Positions 27,659-37,734 of a DNA stretch of 64,000 bases are shown here, piece after piece. The translations under genes and the position numbers were made by a program. Origin of the DNA: Candidatus Latescibacterota bacterium (GTDB lineage Bacteria; Latescibacterota; UBA2968; GCA-2709665); NCBI GenBank assembly GCA_965237675.1, contig OZ250150.1:4960001-5024000 (forward strand), written 5' to 3'. The first letter of the stretch is position 1. Each line of letters starts with the position of its first letter. The notes beneath the pieces are model-generated. The model was not told the origin of the DNA. It did not search any database and saw only the letters and a list, made by a program, of their open reading frames with translations.

Positions 27659-29890
27659 TCAGGGCACAATCCTGAACGTAATCTCCTTTGACGCCCGATC
27701 ATCCGCCAACAGATCCGTGACCGCCACCCTGACCATTTGCCCGCCCTCCTGCGTCTCGGTCAGGTCCAGTTCGACATAGGCCACTTCATCCGCCCGGTTG
27801 CCGACCTGGTCGTAAGCAATAACGATTTCCTGATCCTTTTCGGACAGCCGGAACACCCGACCCAGTCCGTGCAGGATCTTTGCGGGAAACGCCCTTTCTC
27901 TCTGCGACCGCAGCGTATATTCCACACGATAACTGGTTCGACCGAATGCATCCTGTCTCAAATTATAAATCTCGAAATAAACGAATGCGTTCTGATGGCT
28001 GCGGAAGACCAGAGAAGACATCGGAATCACCTTCAAGCCGTTTTTCACGTAATCTCCGGATATCTCGCCGGTCGGTTCTGTCGCGAAGGCCAGTTCGATA
28101 TCGCTGACCAGCAGCCCTGACGGTTGGTGATAGTCCTCCAGCACGACCGCCTGCTGGTAGACCTGAGATTTCCCGGAGACCACATCCCGCACCTGCAATG
28201 CCATATGGTATGTCCCCGGCGGCAAATCCAGGCGCATGACACCTGGAATGAACGCGCCTTCCGCAACCTGCCGGTCCGTGGGCGCCCGGAATGCCATCTG
28301 GTCCACTTCTCGATGGACTTCATTCCACATCCGGTCGAACAACGCCACCCCCCGGTCCAGCAATATAAGATCGGTATTCTCGTCCACATTCAGCCGAACC
28401 ACCTCGGACGCGGGTAACCCGTAATAGACCTCCAGGCGGGTCGCGGGCTCCGAACCCTTGAAATCCGCCGGATAATAATAGAAATCGATTGGCAGATCGG
28501 CAAAATCGGGCGTGTAGCGTGAGGGACGCCTGGCAACCACGTTCTGCATCACCACCCCACCCTGATAGTCGGCCAGGCGGACACCGAGATTGGGCGCAAT
28601 CCCCAGAGGGAATGGCGCGTAATCGTATCGCCTGCCCTTGAATACCTCTGCAAAAGTGATTTCGATCCCGCCGTCCACCTGTGTATAGAGCCAATACTCC
28701 CACCGGGCATTCGCCGAGACGGGGAAGATAGGCAGCCCCGGTGATATGGCCAGCGCGATGCGAGACCGGTTCACAATATTCACGCGCGCTTCCTGTAACT
28801 CCCGATTCCGTTCGGCCTGAACGTCGTCCCATTTGCTGATATGGTCCGGATTTCCCAGTCGTATGAAAACATCGCCCCGTTTGTCCCAGCCTCCACCGGG
28901 CCTGGCATAGTGTTCCAGCGCGTAGGCCACGCGGCGATAGTGCTCCAGCAGCCGCTCGTTTTCAGGGGTGAGCGGCGTCGGATCGCGCCGATTCCAGAAC
29001 CGCATGGCGAGCGCATCCTTTTCCTCGGGCGACGCCGTTTCGTAACGCGCCAGATTCGTGCCGGCCGCCACCAGAGAAATGTCTCTATACCTGCGCTGTT
29101 CGGTATCCGGTAAATTCGAGAGAAATTTCTCAAACAACTCGGTCGCCCGCTCGAAGTCCTTTTCCATCAGGCCGATGATCGCAAGGTCCCGATTGGCCAG
29201 AATTCGGGCTTCGCCCCCGGTTTCCAGCAGACGCGAGAGGGTTCCGACCGCCTCCGCGCGTTCGCCAAGCACAAGCCACAGTTTGGCCAGCCTGATCCCC
29301 GCCCGTCCGTGGGACGGATTGACCGCCATTTCACGCTGATAGGCGGCCGTCGCTTCGTGAATCCGCCCTTCGTTTTCCAACAGCAACCCCACCTGGTAAT
29401 GGGCATCCGGGTAAACGGCATCGATTTCGCTCACTTTCTCAAACGCGTCCCGTGCCCTGCCCCGACGTGTTTCCAGGTAAACCCTCGCCAGGTGGTACTG
29501 CGCCTCGGCCATATCCGGATCGGCCTTGAGGGCTCGCCTGAAATTCGTCTCCGCCCGCCTGTATCCCTGCTCAGTCGCCATATAAGCCAATCCCATCCCG
29601 TTGTACCCGTCCGCCTTCGCACCTCTTTTGACCGCCTTTCTGAACGCCTTCTTGGCCGCTTTCCGGTTACCGGCATCCAGATACGCATGCCCAAGAAGGA
29701 CATAGTCCTGCGCCGTTTCCTTTCCCGTCTTGATCACGTGCTTCAGCGCGGCAATGCCCCGCTCGGGTCGGCCCCGTTTCACGGCCGCTTCAGCCGCGAC
29801 CCGAAGCGAATCCACCGGCGCTTTTGCCAATAGCTCTCCCGCGGATGCAAACGCAACAATCGAGACAGACAGGGCAATGATCCACGTCAT
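27659..29890 (-). CDS. Secreted TPR + GWxTD-domain protein
   Basis: Signal peptide, TPRs, FWNRRDPTP.TPENE..EHYRRV and GWDKRG.VFIRLG.PD motifs, C-terminal beta-rich domains. Confidence 0.85.
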   Translation of the reverse strand: MTWIIALSVSIVAFASAGELLAKAPVDSLRVAAEAAVKRGRPERGIAALKHVIKTGKETAQDYVLLGHAYLDAGNRKAAKKAFRKAVKRGAKADGYNGMGLAYMATEQGYRRAETNFRRALKADPDMAEAQYHLARVYLETRRGRARDAFEKVSEIDAVYPDAHYQVGLLLENEGRIHEATAAYQREMAVNPSHGRAGIRLAKLWLVLGERAEAVGTLSRLLETGGEARILANRDLAIIGLMEKDFERATELFEKFLSNLPDTEQRRYRDISLVAAGTNLARYETASPEEKDALAMRFWNRRDPTPLTPENERLLEHYRRVAYALEHYARPGGGWDKRGDVFIRLGNPDHISKWDDVQAERNRELQEARVNIVNRSRIALAISPGLPIFPVSANARWEYWLYTQVDGGIEITFAEVFKGRRYDYAPFPLGIAPNLGVRLADYQGGVVMQNVVARRPSRYTPDFADLPIDFYYYPADFKGSEPATRLEVYYGLPASEVVRLNVDENTDLILLDRGVALFDRMWNEVHREVDQMAFRAPTDRQVAEGAFIPGVMRLDLPPGTYHMALQVRDVVSGKSQVYQQAVVLEDYHQPSGLLVSDIELAFATEPTGEISGDYVKNGLKVIPMSSLVFRSHQNAFVYFEIYNLRQDAFGRTSYRVEYTLRSQRERAFPAKILHGLGRVFRLSEKDQEIVIAYDQVGNRADEVAYVELDLTETQEGGQMVRVAVTDLLADDRASKEITFRIVP

Positions 29891-30030
29891 GGTCGAACCT
29901 TCCGCGAAAGATCACTTATCCGGGTCACTGTGAAAATCTATCGAATCTGTTCCTCGCGCGCAAAGGAATTCGTATGTATGGCGCACCGGCGACGGGGTTG
30001 TTTGAAGTCCCGGGAATTCAAGACGCTTCG

Positions 30031-30062
30031 GCATTGACAATGCACGAAGCCAGGTTTATCTT
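30031..30062 (+). promoter_or_regulatory. galU promoter with a palindrome over the -35 box
   Basis: TTGACA-N17-TATCTT. Inverted repeat GCATTG-A-CAATGC at 30031-30043. Confidence 0.5.
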
Positions 30063-30094
30063 TCTGGCCGAGAAAACCCTCGGAAGGAGCCTTT

Positions 30095-31021
30095 ATGTGC
30101 GTCCGAAAAGTCGTCATCCCGGTTGCCGGGCTCGGTACCCGATTGTTGCCCACGACAAAAGCCCTGCCGAAAGAGATGCTGCCCCTAGGCAAGTATCCCG
30201 CCATACAGCACGTTGTCGAGGAGATGGCTGCAGCCAATCTGAAGAAATTTCTCTTCATTACCTCACATAGCAAGACCATTATTGAAAACCAGTTCGACAA
30301 CAACGTTGACCTCGCGGCCCAGTTGGAACAGAACCACGGCTGGAATGATCCGAGCAACTTCGACTACAGCCGGCGCGGTATCGAGTTTTTTTATACCCGG
30401 CAGCAGGCGCTGTCCCCTACGATCAAACTTCGGGGCACCGGCGCCGCGATACTCGCGGCCGAGAGCTTCGTAGACAAAGAGCATTTTGCGGTCGCCTATG
30501 GCGATACCATCATCAACACCAGACATACACCTAACTTTCTGGCACGGATGATCGAGTCGCATCTCAAAACCAATTCCGCATGTACCGTGGGCGTTCGCCC
30601 CGTCACGCGCGATATGGTCGGGCGCTACGGTATAGTCAAGCCAAACGCAGAAGACGATCCGACCGCCGACAGCTTCTCCATTGACGACCTTGTGGAAAAA
30701 CCAGCCGCAGACGAAGCGCCGAGCCTTATGGCCGTGAGCGCCCGCTATGTCTTCAGCCCCGAAATCTTCGACGCAATTCGGAGGTTAACGCAGGCCACCG
30801 GCGGCGAACTCGGCGTTACGGACGCCATACGGAGCCTCATAAGGGGGGGCAAGTCGGTCCGTTGCGTGCGTTTGCTGCCGGAGGAAACGAGGTACGATAT
30901 CGGAAGCCACGCAAGTTATTACAGGGCGTTTATCGACTTTGCCCTTCAGGATCCCGAATGTGGAGACAAAATTCGGGAATACCTCGAATTCTGCGTAAGG
31001 AAGTTGGAAAAGAGGCCCTGA
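30095..31021 (+). CDS. galU: UTP--glucose-1-phosphate uridylyltransferase family
   Basis: VIPVAGLGTRLLPTTKALPKEMLP, VEKP and RYVFSP motifs. Confidence 0.88.
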   Translation: MCVRKVVIPVAGLGTRLLPTTKALPKEMLPLGKYPAIQHVVEEMAAANLKKFLFITSHSKTIIENQFDNNVDLAAQLEQNHGWNDPSNFDYSRRGIEFFYTRQQALSPTIKLRGTGAAILAAESFVDKEHFAVAYGDTIINTRHTPNFLARMIESHLKTNSACTVGVRPVTRDMVGRYGIVKPNAEDDPTADSFSIDDLVEKPAADEAPSLMAVSARYVFSPEIFDAIRRLTQATGGELGVTDAIRSLIRGGKSVRCVRLLPEETRYDIGSHASYYRAFIDFALQDPECGDKIREYLEFCVRKLEKRP

Positions 31022-31060
31022 TCCGGCGGCCTGCGGGCGAAGCGCCAACGACGAATCCGG

Positions 31061-31099
31061 AAAAAGAAGCCCTTCGGAGCACAGAGATCCGAAGGGCTT
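31061..31099 (-). terminator. Intrinsic terminator between convergent genes
   Basis: AAGCCCTTCGGA-N9-TCCGAAGGGCTT with a T run on the minus strand. Confidence 0.6.
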
Positions 31100-31256
31100 G
31101 ACCATAGGAAACAATGGGCAGGACTTTTGTCCGAAAGGGAGTTATTCGACCGCCGGGTTGCGGGACCTGCAGATCGTGTCGGTGCTAAACCCCGCATCGG
31201 CGACTATCGTGATTTCGGCTTATTTCGACTGGTGATCCCGGTATTCGATCTCCCGT

Positions 31257-31712
31257 TCAACGCTCTTCACTACCGTCGTTCACCAGTTTCTCGCCGTCGA
31301 ATATCAACTTACCCTTTTCGTAAATGCAACCGGTTTCCTCTACCAGTTCATATTTCATCAACTGCCCGAGCGACATGTGGTTAAACACCTCTTTCGGGTC
31401 GATGTATTTTTCAATGAGTTTTTCGATTGGACCCTCGAACTGGATCGCCCTGCGAACGGGTCGTTCTCTGTCGCGTCGTTCCTGTTCCTCCCTGGTCAGG
31501 ATGGGCAGGCGCTCGGCTGCGGGGCCGAGCCGGCTGGCATACTCCTGCCTCTGGCGAAACCGGTCGTGCCGCTTCTCGAGCTCCGACTTATCCCCCACGT
31601 TGTCGTAATATGCCGAAACCTCGTCCGCCTTCTTCCTGAATCGCGCCTGCTCCTGATCTTTGAGTTCGTCGTTTCCAATTTGCCGCATAATATCCTTAAC
31701 GGATTTGCTCAT
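31257..31712 (-). CDS. Hypothetical charged helical protein
   Basis: 151-aa ORF with RBS GGAGG and its own promoter and terminator. No family recognised. Confidence 0.75.
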   Translation of the reverse strand: MSKSVKDIMRQIGNDELKDQEQARFRKKADEVSAYYDNVGDKSELEKRHDRFRQRQEYASRLGPAAERLPILTREEQERRDRERPVRRAIQFEGPIEKLIEKYIDPKEVFNHMSLGQLMKYELVEETGCIYEKGKLIFDGEKLVNDGSEER

Positions 31713-31802
31713 TCATACCCCTCCAGATCGTTGGGACATCCAGTCACTTAAATGCACTAAATCCGTGGTGGAAGTACTCTCGTATGCGGATACACGACAA
31801 AA

Positions 31803-31831
31803 AACATACATCGCGCCCCGGCTTTTGTCAA
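31803..31831 (-). promoter_or_regulatory. Sigma70-like promoter of the 31712 gene
   Basis: Minus strand TTGACA-N17-TATGTT. Confidence 0.55.
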
Positions 31832-31874
31832 CGGCTAATTTCCCGTCCGTATCCGGCCGCATTTCCAAAAACCA

Positions 31875-31903
31875 TTGACTCCCGCCGCCCACCGGCGTAG
31901 TTT
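31875..31903 (+). promoter_or_regulatory. Sigma70-like promoter of mazG
   Basis: TTGACT-N17-TAGTTT. Confidence 0.45.
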
Positions 31904-32008
31904 GTTGTCAGGCGAAATTCCGGTCCTGAGAATCGCTGCCGATGGCCGGGTTTCGTGAGCCCGATTTTCCATGCGCGGTCTTACCCAGATTTATTCGAGG
32001 ACTCCAGG

Positions 32009-32815
32009 ATGTCCGAACTCGATCGCCTCGTCAATCTCATGGCCCGGCTTCGCGGCCCGGACGGATGCCCCTGGGACCGCGAGCAGACGCACCAGAGCCT
32101 CAAACCCTATCTAATCGAAGAGACTTACGAAGCCCTGGACGCCATCGACAGGGATGACTCGGATGGCCTCCGGGACGAACTGGGCGACGTACTCCTTCAA
32201 GTCGTATTCCACGCGCAACTCGCCAGGGAGGACGCCCGGTTCACCCTCGATGACGTGGCAGCGACCACGTCCGAAAAACTCATTCGCAGGCATCCTCACG
32301 TATTCGGGAAGGCCACCGCCGACACCCCGGGGCAGGTTGTTGACAACTGGGAAGCGATCAAATCGCGTGAGAGGCGTGAGAAGGGCCTGAATCCATCCAT
32401 CCTCGACGGCATTCCCCGCCAGCTTCCCGCACTACTCAGAGCGCGTCGCATCCAGGAGCGGGCGGCCAGGTCAGGCTTCGACTGGCAAAATACCGATGAG
32501 GTTGTCGACAAAGTACGGGAGGAAGTGGGCGAGTTTCTGGAAGCATGGCGGGAAGCGGACCAAACGGGTGTGGAAGAAGAGCTGGGCGACCTCCTTTTCT
32601 CACTGGTCAACCTCGCCCGGTTCCTGAAAATCTGTCCGGAAAACGCGCTTCGGAAGACCGTCCGGAAATTCGAAACCCGATTTCGTTATATCGAACACGA
32701 ACTCGCAAAACAGGGCAGGAACCCGCAGGACGCCAGTCTGGAAGAAATGGACCGGCTGTGGGAAGCATCCAAGAACGAGCCGTCGGACGAAACCCCGACG
32801 GATCCCAATCCGTAG
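32009..32815 (+). CDS. mazG: Nucleoside triphosphate pyrophosphohydrolase MazG
   Basis: GCPWDREQT, EETYE, ELGDVLLQ, RRHPHVF and EELGDLLF motifs. Confidence 0.95.
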   Translation: MSELDRLVNLMARLRGPDGCPWDREQTHQSLKPYLIEETYEALDAIDRDDSDGLRDELGDVLLQVVFHAQLAREDARFTLDDVAATTSEKLIRRHPHVFGKATADTPGQVVDNWEAIKSRERREKGLNPSILDGIPRQLPALLRARRIQERAARSGFDWQNTDEVVDKVREEVGEFLEAWREADQTGVEEELGDLLFSLVNLARFLKICPENALRKTVRKFETRFRYIEHELAKQGRNPQDASLEEMDRLWEASKNEPSDETPTDPNP

Positions 32816-32983
32816 CCCCGGCTCACGCAGATCGCGGGATCCGGGTTCCGACGACGGCGTCACGGGCGCCAGGCGGAAAGACCGCAACCTACCGATGTCG
32901 TCAAAGCCGGGACGCGGCAGGTTTCGACTCGAAGATTTCGTCGTTGGTACGGTCAACCCGGACCGTGTCCAACTCCCCATCCT

Positions 32984-33928
32984 TCAATTCCGTACCACGC
33001 GTTCATACACCGCGACCGCCGCCATCAGATCCTGAATCGCCATGCCGGTAAAATAGGCGATCGCGCCCTCCCCGCGCCGATCTTCGAGAAGGCCCAGCGC
33101 CGCGTCTCCAATGGTCCGCACGCGTCCTTCACGGTCGGTCGCGAACCGGTCCCGACCCAGCCCGGCCGACAGGAAATCTCCCGACTTCAACGCCTGTTCA
33201 GGATGGTCGGCAACCACCTCCCGGCTGCGCAACAGTTCGGGGGTCAGTTGAGCGGTCCTCGGGTCGCCCGCGATCACGGACAGGTGTACGCCATCCGCAA
33301 TATCGGACCTCCCCAGTATCGGGCCGGGTGTGGGCACCGCCGTAAGCACGGCATCCGCGCCACCAAGACAGTCGCCAATAGAACTGTCGATCCGCAGCCG
33401 AGCGTTCACCCGGGGTTCGATAAAGGAGGCGAATGCCTCGCGGTTGGCCGCGCTTCTGCTGGTCGCCCGGATCTCGCGCGGCGCAAGGGCAGCGTCGGCG
33501 CAAAGGGCAAGCGCCCGGGAGATACGTCCTGTGCCCAGAATCGCCAGGACCTCCACGTGGTTGCCCAGGTATCGGACACCCAGCACGCCCGCCGCGCCGG
33601 TGCGCATATTGGTCAGATACTCCGCGTCCAGCACAGCCCTCTGTCCCGTTGCCAGATCATCCAGTTCGATCACCGCAGTGCGCCGTGCAAGGCGCCCCTC
33701 GGCGATGTCCGACCGCTCCACAATCACCTTCCTCGCGCGGTACCGTCCCGGCCACTCCGCCGGCATCTCCAGGCGAAACACGTCCGCGCCCTCTGTCCTG
33801 CGAACCTGCTCCCGCCGGGCCGGATTCAACACCTGTCCCATTCCATAGAGACGGAACGCCCTGTCGCAGCTTGCGACACACTCCCCGATCGAGAGTACCC
33901 GTTCGATTTCCGCATCTGAAATCTTCAA
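32984..33928 (-). CDS. Ornithine cyclodeaminase / mu-crystallin family protein
   Basis: LTNMRTGAAG, ILGTG and TGMAIQD motifs. TTG start with RBS GGAAGG; the longer ORF extension overlaps the next gene. Confidence 0.85.
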   Translation of the reverse strand: MKISDAEIERVLSIGECVASCDRAFRLYGMGQVLNPARREQVRRTEGADVFRLEMPAEWPGRYRARKVIVERSDIAEGRLARRTAVIELDDLATGQRAVLDAEYLTNMRTGAAGVLGVRYLGNHVEVLAILGTGRISRALALCADAALAPREIRATSRSAANREAFASFIEPRVNARLRIDSSIGDCLGGADAVLTAVPTPGPILGRSDIADGVHLSVIAGDPRTAQLTPELLRSREVVADHPEQALKSGDFLSAGLGRDRFATDREGRVRTIGDAALGLLEDRRGEGAIAYFTGMAIQDLMAAVAVYERVVRN

Positions 33929-34292
33929 TGTGCCTTCCAACGATGCGCCCTCCATTGAGTTTACCCGAAGGTCCCCGATGATGAGAGCCGCCGGGAAGGC
34001 GATTCCATCGGCCGGGACCACAGGGATTTCACATCGGTATGGATTACAAATCTCTACATCCGGTGCAGGCACGAAACGGCGGCGTCCAATTGCCGTTGCA
34101 TATCCAGGACCCGCTCCATCCGAACTTACACGACCGGCACCCGGTTGTGAAGAGAAAAGTCGGGAGGCGCCGCGAGAACCTGCGCCGCGCGCCCGGCACG
34201 GAAATTCGACTTGACGGGCTGCGTGCCAGTCATAATATTGGGGTTCCGCTTCCATTTCATTCGAACCTCCGGTACCTGAAACGAGGCATCTC

Positions 34293-35459
34293 ATGAAAAT
34301 TACCGACGTCGAGACGTTCATCGCGGGCAACCCGTGGAAAAACTGGCTCTTTACCCGCGTGCATACGGACGAGGGCGTATACGGTGTCGGTGAAGGCACC
34401 GTCAACTTCATGGCCAGGACCGTTGAATCCGCAATCCACGAACTCAGACCGCTTTGGGAAGGACAGGATCCGTTCCAGCCGGAACGCATTCTCCAGCGGA
34501 TGTACCGAGACGTGTACACCGATGGCGGCCAGATTCACAAACATGCGGTTGCCGCCATCGAAGTCGCATGCTGGGACATCATCGGGAAATGCCTGAACAA
34601 ACCGATCTACCAGCTCATGGGCGGCCAGATGCGCGACAGAATCAGAGCCTACGCGAACGGCTGGTATCGCGGAGCGCGCACGCCGGAGAACTTCTATAAA
34701 AAGGCGAAGGAAGTGGTTCGGCGAGGGTACACCGCCCTGAAATTCGACCCCTTCGGATCCGCTTACCAGATTACGGATCTGGAAGACGAGGCGCTGGCCA
34801 TCGACATCATCGCGGCCGTTCGCGACGCCGTCGGGTCCGGCGTCGACGTTCTCGTGGAAGGACACTGCCGCTTCAGCACGTCCACCGCCCTCAAATTCGC
34901 CCGCAAGATGGAACCCTACAATCCCACCTGGTTCGAGGAGCCGACGCCTCACCACAAGATCGATGCCCTCACCCAGGTTGCGAGAGCGTCTCCGGTACCC
35001 ATTGCCACGGGGGAAAGCCTGCACACGAAATATCAGTTCGCCGAACTGCTCAAACACGACGTCGTACACATCCTGCAACCTGAACCCCTGGCATGCGGCG
35101 GGCTGTGGTCCACCCGCATGATATGCGATATGGTCGACGCGCACTATGGCGTGGTCGCGCCACACGATGCCCAGGGCCCCGTATGTACCGCCATCTGCCT
35201 GCAACTGGCGGCGTGTACGCCCAACCACTTCATTCAGGAAACCTTCGACGAATTCAACGTGGCGTGGGAGCGGGACCTGACTACGGGCGAGAGATATGAC
35301 GTCGCCGACGGGTACTTCCGCGTACCTTCGGCGCCAGGTCTGGGCATCGATCTCAACGTGGACGAGATTCGGAAACACCCCCATTCCGTGAACAACCACC
35401 TGCCGCTGTTCAGAGACGGCTGGGAACGCCGCGTTTCGCAGGAGGAAGTGACGTCATGA
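34293..35459 (+). CDS. Mandelate racemase / galactonate dehydratase-like enolase superfamily protein
   Basis: MKITDVETF, WDIIGK, YANGW, KFDPF, EGH, WFEEP, TGE and PGLGI motifs. Confidence 0.9.
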   Translation: MKITDVETFIAGNPWKNWLFTRVHTDEGVYGVGEGTVNFMARTVESAIHELRPLWEGQDPFQPERILQRMYRDVYTDGGQIHKHAVAAIEVACWDIIGKCLNKPIYQLMGGQMRDRIRAYANGWYRGARTPENFYKKAKEVVRRGYTALKFDPFGSAYQITDLEDEALAIDIIAAVRDAVGSGVDVLVEGHCRFSTSTALKFARKMEPYNPTWFEEPTPHHKIDALTQVARASPVPIATGESLHTKYQFAELLKHDVVHILQPEPLACGGLWSTRMICDMVDAHYGVVAPHDAQGPVCTAICLQLAACTPNHFIQETFDEFNVAWERDLTTGERYDVADGYFRVPSAPGLGIDLNVDEIRKHPHSVNNHLPLFRDGWERRVSQEEVTS

Positions 35460-36826
35460 ATGTTGTCTTCATTGTGCTCGATAGCTTCCGCCAGGATCAC
35501 GTGAGCCTGTACAACCGCGGCACCGCGCCCTTTCCCGGCATCGATGCGTGCATGACGCCGCATATCGACGCATTTGCGCGGGAGGCTGTCGTATTCGACA
35601 ATGCCTACCCGGAAGCCCTGCCCACCATTCCCATTCGCTGCCAGCTGATGACCGGACATCGCACGCTGCACAGCCGCGGCTGGCAACCCCTCACCCCGGA
35701 AGACGTCCACATCGCCCAGATACTTTCCGAGGAGGACTATGTCTGCGGCCTCGTTACGGATACGTACCACTACCGGGCTCCCGGGATGAATTACCACCGG
35801 AACTTCGCCTCGTACGACTGGATCCGCGGCCAGGAATACGATCCCTGGATCTCCGCGCCCGCCAGACGCCATATCGAGGACTACATCAACGGGAACTATC
35901 CCGACACCTGGCGCCGGCGCATCTCACAATTCCTGGCCAACACGGACGGCTTCGACTCCACTGAAGACGGATTTGCGTGGAAAGTGGTCGACGGCGCCAT
36001 CGACTGGTTGGAATCGAACCGCACGCACGAAAACATCATGCTCTGGGTGGATTCCTTCGACCCTCACGAACCGTGGGATCCAATTCCGGAATTCGACACC
36101 TACACCGATCCCGGCTACCGGGGCCCTCGCCTCATTATGCCGATGGGAGGACCGTCGGAAGACTGGGCCTCACCCGGCGAGATCTCCCATATCCAGGGTC
36201 TCTACGCGGGGGAGTGCGCCTATGTCGACCATTGCCTCGGGCGGCTCTTCGAAGCCCTGAGAAACCTGGGATATTACGACGACAGCGTCATTTTTCTGCT
36301 GGCCGACCACGGGCATCCCCTGAACGACCACGGAAAATTCCTCAAGGGCGCGGACCGGATGTACAACGAACTGCTCAAGGTTCCGTTCATCGTCCGACTG
36401 CCGGGCGGGAAACACGGGGGACGCCGGAGTTCCGCGATCGTACAGTTTCAGGACGTGCTGCCCACGCTCCTGGACGCGCTCGACCTCGGCGGCAACACCG
36501 ACGCAATGGCCGGTCGCAGCTTTATGCCTGTGCTCACCGGAGATGCGGATGAACACCGTCGGGTGATGATCACCGGTTACCACGGCGGAATCGACCGCTG
36601 CACCCGTGACGAGACCTGGAGTTATATCCAGCGCCCGGCGGGGGAGCCCGACGAGCTGTACCATCTTCCGGACGATCCCGGGGAACGGGTCAACCTCGTC
36701 GACGATCGCCCTGAAGAGGCCCTGCGCCTGGCCGCCGCATTCGGCAAGGTATTCAAGCGCCGATTTTCGAATACGGTCAAAGGGGTCCAGGGAGAATACG
36801 AAATGGCCTCATCGAGCATCGAGTAA
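35456..36826 (+). CDS. Sulfatase-like hydrolase (Thr at the nucleophile position)
   Basis: LDSFRQD, PTIPIR..MTG, FDPHEPW and ADHG motifs. ATGA overlap with the upstream gene. Confidence 0.88.
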   Translation: MNVVFIVLDSFRQDHVSLYNRGTAPFPGIDACMTPHIDAFAREAVVFDNAYPEALPTIPIRCQLMTGHRTLHSRGWQPLTPEDVHIAQILSEEDYVCGLVTDTYHYRAPGMNYHRNFASYDWIRGQEYDPWISAPARRHIEDYINGNYPDTWRRRISQFLANTDGFDSTEDGFAWKVVDGAIDWLESNRTHENIMLWVDSFDPHEPWDPIPEFDTYTDPGYRGPRLIMPMGGPSEDWASPGEISHIQGLYAGECAYVDHCLGRLFEALRNLGYYDDSVIFLLADHGHPLNDHGKFLKGADRMYNELLKVPFIVRLPGGKHGGRRSSAIVQFQDVLPTLLDALDLGGNTDAMAGRSFMPVLTGDADEHRRVMITGYHGGIDRCTRDETWSYIQRPAGEPDELYHLPDDPGERVNLVDDRPEEALRLAAAFGKVFKRRFSNTVKGVQGEYEMASSSIE

Positions 36827-36848
36827 GCCAACATCATTGAGCCCCGGA

Positions 36849-36879
36849 CCCTGAGCCGCTCCCTGAGCCTGTCGAAGGG
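36849..36879 (+). repeat. REP-like CCCTGAGCCTGTCGAAGGG element with partial duplicate
   Basis: CCCTGAGCC occurs twice and the second copy completes a short hairpin. Resembles a widespread REP-type motif. Confidence 0.45.
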
Positions 36880-36963
36880 GCGGCGAAGATCCCAGAGCAG
36901 CGGCAATTAATGTCAACTATTCGCTGTCCATGGTAGTATGTTCACCCCTGAAAAGGAGACCCT

Positions 36964-37704
36964 GTGGAAAATCCCGTTAAAACGAAACTCTCGAGGGGCG
37001 AACTTTCGCTGGGAGGCTGGTTGAACCTGGGTTCCCCGCTGGCCGCCGAACTCATGGCCGCGGCCGGGTACGAGTGGCTGGCCATAGACGCGGAGCACTC
37101 GCCATTCGACATCCCGCTGATCGCCGACACGTTCCGGGCGATCGAAGCCCGGGGCGCCGTGCCCTTCGTCCGTGCGTGGGACCACGATCCCGTCTCGCTT
37201 GCCCGCATCCTGGACGCGGGCGCCTACGGCATCATCGTGCCGCACGTCAGCACGCCGCGGCAGGCCGAAGCACTGGTACAGGCCATGCGCTATCCTCCGG
37301 AAGGCGCCCGCTCCGCCGGCACGGGACGGGTCGCCGTCTACGGCGACGAATATCGCAAACGGGCTAACGATGCGGTGATGATCGTGCCTCAGATCGAAGA
37401 CATGGAAGGGATCGACAACACCGAAGCCATCATGTCCGTCGAGGGAATCGACGTCGGCTTCCTCGGACCCGGCGACCTGGCCCTCTCAATGGGTGTGGAC
37501 CGGGGCCACCCGGACCACGAGAATGCCATACAGACGTTCGTATCCGGCTGCAAAAACGCCGGCAAACCATACGGGATGCCCGAACGCGGCCTGGACATTG
37601 TCAAGAAACGCATCCGGGAGGGATTTACGTTCCTGGACATCGCCAGCGATCTGCGCACCCTCGAAGCCGGCGTGCAGAAGGCACTGGCCGACGTCAGAAC
37701 CTGA
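36964..37704 (+). CDS. HpcH/HpaI aldolase family protein
   Basis: DAEHSP, VR, LDAGA, QIE and GPGDL motifs. Confidence 0.9.
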   Translation: MENPVKTKLSRGELSLGGWLNLGSPLAAELMAAAGYEWLAIDAEHSPFDIPLIADTFRAIEARGAVPFVRAWDHDPVSLARILDAGAYGIIVPHVSTPRQAEALVQAMRYPPEGARSAGTGRVAVYGDEYRKRANDAVMIVPQIEDMEGIDNTEAIMSVEGIDVGFLGPGDLALSMGVDRGHPDHENAIQTFVSGCKNAGKPYGMPERGLDIVKKRIREGFTFLDIASDLRTLEAGVQKALADVRT

Positions 37705-37734
37705 AAGCACCTCTCAGACGTCCAGGCGGAGAGC

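Noticed and set aside
33929-34519. N-terminal extension of the 511-aa ORF 32984-34519
   Set aside because: It overlaps the dehydratase gene on the opposite strand and its promoter region. OCD homology begins near 33928.
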